A stretch of 20,000 nucleotides of DNA. Source: Barthelona sp. PAP020. Lineage: Eukaryota. The notes beneath the pieces were generated by a model that was not told the origin of the DNA, made no database searches, and saw nothing but the letters and a program-made list of their open reading frames with translations. Positions 18,416 to 20,000 of the stretch are shown here, one piece after another. Every line of letters begins with the position of its first letter. The first letter of the stretch is position 1. Where the stretch lies: assembly GCA_040182905.1 (NCBI GenBank), contig JARQWU010000005.1, positions 106,256-126,255 of the forward strand. The letters run 5' to 3'. Position numbers and translations under genes: made by a program.

Positions 18416-19654
18416 ATGTTAAAAATCTCGAAAAAACATTTTGTTAATAGGTTGTTCAGTATGAAACCTGAAGATTTTCAACCAAAGTCCTTTCTTTCTA
18501 AAAATTATATTTATTTAGATAATAATGCGTCAACTCAATTAGACATCAGGGTATTGGATAAAATGTTACCATATTTAAAGGAGAATTATGGAAATCCACA
18601 TTCTATCACACACCCATTTGGATGGAATTCATTCGAAGCAATATTAGAAGCAAAACGTCAAATCAGTGATTTGGTTGGTTGTAAACCTGAAAATATTATT
18701 TTTACATCTGGTGCAACTGAAGCAAATAATTTAGCTTTAAGAGGATTACATTCTTTAAATTGTAAAGATAAGAACATAGCAATAACAGCATTTGAACACC
18801 CCTCTGTTATTGAATCAGCTAAACTTGAAGCTTTCGAGAATAATGTTGGTTTGAAAAAAATCCCCGTTAAGAATGGACATGTGTCAGTTGAGAATCTGAA
18901 AAAAGATCTTGAAGATGTTGGAGTTTTTGCATGTATGCACGCCAACAATGAAATAGGGACAATTAATGATATTGATGAAATTGCAAAGATTTGCAAACAA
19001 AATGATGTATTATTGCATGTTGACGCTGTTCAGTCCATTGCACATTTGCCTATAAATATGCAAAATACACCTGGTATTTCTTCTTTAGCATTTTCAGGTC
19101 ACAAAATGAATGGGCCTATGGGTGTTGGAGCTTTATGTTTGAATGAGAACGTTGAAATATTACCACTCATTGTCGGTGGTCATCAACAACAAGGGTTACG
19201 TGCAGGAACTGTTCCTACTTCATTGGTTGTAGGTTTAGGGGAGGCATGTGCTTTAATTAGCAAAGAAATGAAATCAAACACGGAAAAATTAAAGAATTTA
19301 AAAAGTATATTTTTGGAATATTTGGAAGAACATTTAGATAATTGGGAAATAAATGGAACTGAACCGATTTTGCCAAATTGTATTTCTATTTCATTTTTGA
19401 ATGTTGAAGGAGAATCTTTGGTTGCCTATTTACCTAATTTAGCTGTTTCAACTGGATCAGCATGTGCTTCAGATTCTCTTGAGGGTAGTTATGTTATACA
19501 AGCAATTTCTGAAGATGAAATAAAACCTCACACATCAATTCGTTTTTCTTTATCATCTAAATTAACAGAAGAAGACATTTTGAGAGCTGCTAAGGAAGTT
19601 TGTGATGCTGTAAAAAATTTGAGAAAATTATCTCCTTTAAATAGTCTATTGTAA
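18416..19654 (+). CDS. NFS1: Group I cysteine desulfurase IscS/Nfs1 with a putative organellar presequence
   Basis: IYLDNNAST, YGNPHS.TH.FGW, FTSGATEANN, HVDAVQ, SGHK (PLP Lys), RAGT, VEGESL, STGSAC (catalytic Cys), SIRFS and LRKLSPL. First ATG is at 18416, with a second at MKPEDF. Confidence 0.93.
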   Translation: MLKISKKHFVNRLFSMKPEDFQPKSFLSKNYIYLDNNASTQLDIRVLDKMLPYLKENYGNPHSITHPFGWNSFEAILEAKRQISDLVGCKPENIIFTSGATEANNLALRGLHSLNCKDKNIAITAFEHPSVIESAKLEAFENNVGLKKIPVKNGHVSVENLKKDLEDVGVFACMHANNEIGTINDIDEIAKICKQNDVLLHVDAVQSIAHLPINMQNTPGISSLAFSGHKMNGPMGVGALCLNENVEILPLIVGGHQQQGLRAGTVPTSLVVGLGEACALISKEMKSNTEKLKNLKSIFLEYLEEHLDNWEINGTEPILPNCISISFLNVEGESLVAYLPNLAVSTGSACASDSLEGSYVIQAISEDEIKPHTSIRFSLSSKLTEEDILRAAKEVCDAVKNLRKLSPLNSLL

Positions 19655-19764
19655 ATATTTGATATTTTATTGTTTTATTTTTTACTTTATTGTGATAAAT
19701 TGGAAAAAATATTGGATTTCATCAACTGTAATCTCCTTTGACATTTTTCCTTTTTTCAAATTGT

Positions 19765-20000
19765 ATGACAACTGAACACGATAATTTCACAGAGGAATCC
19801 ATTTTAGAAACCACTCACAAAATAATAACTGAACAGTGAAGTTCTTTGAAAATTTTGATTCGCTAACTTTTAGAAACATTAAACAATTAACTGCACTATT
19901 TATTGCGATAAACGAATATTTGTTTGAAATTCCGAAGCCTAAAAGTTCAAGAATTGTGAAAAAAATGGCACAATCATCGATGAAGATTAATAATGCTGTG
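19765..20000 (+). CDS. RPN6: 26S proteasome lid subunit Rpn6/PSMD11, 5' part; exons 19765-19835 and 19874->20000
   Basis: Spliced translation MTTEHDNFTEESILETTHKIITEQ|NIKQLTALFIAINEYLFEIPKPKSSRIVKKM aligns without gaps to Rpn6 EQSILELG...L..LL...RPFL.SISKAKAARLVR. Runs off the window end. Confidence 0.75.
19836..19873 (+). other. 38-nt spliceosomal intron, phase 2
   Basis: GTGAAG...GCTAAC-TTT-TAG. The unspliced frame stops immediately (CAG TGA), and removal yields an ungapped Rpn6 alignment. Confidence 0.75.

Noticed and set aside
1..20000. Alternative genetic code (TAA/TAG=Gln or TGA reassigned)
   Set aside because: Genes end at expected positions with TAA, TAG and TGA, and long ORFs have no internal stops.

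Overview
Very AT-rich, gene-dense eukaryotic DNA from a flagellated protist, probably an anaerobe and plausibly a metamonad (inferred, not proven). I call 15 protein-coding genes, and all three standard stop codons are used. Three genes are split by 37-40 nt GT-AG introns, so the ORF track misses or truncates them: AP-3 sigma, a Tctex1-family dynein light chain and the start of Rpn6. Highlights: (1) a bacterial-type selenium-cofactor gene, yqeC, embedded among eukaryotic genes; (2) an IscS/Nfs1 with an organelle-type presequence that lacks the Arg patch and C-terminal tail used to bind ISC partners; (3) ultrashort introns in unrelated genes that resemble each other along their length; (4) a 158-bp inverted-repeat element spanning a 100-N assembly gap; (5) a WD40 gene duplicated in inverted orientation together with about 550 bp of 3' flank; (6) a catalytically dead GPx-fold protein; (7) a WGTAAA motif at most 3' ends. 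All homology calls are by-eye motif recognition; no searches were run.
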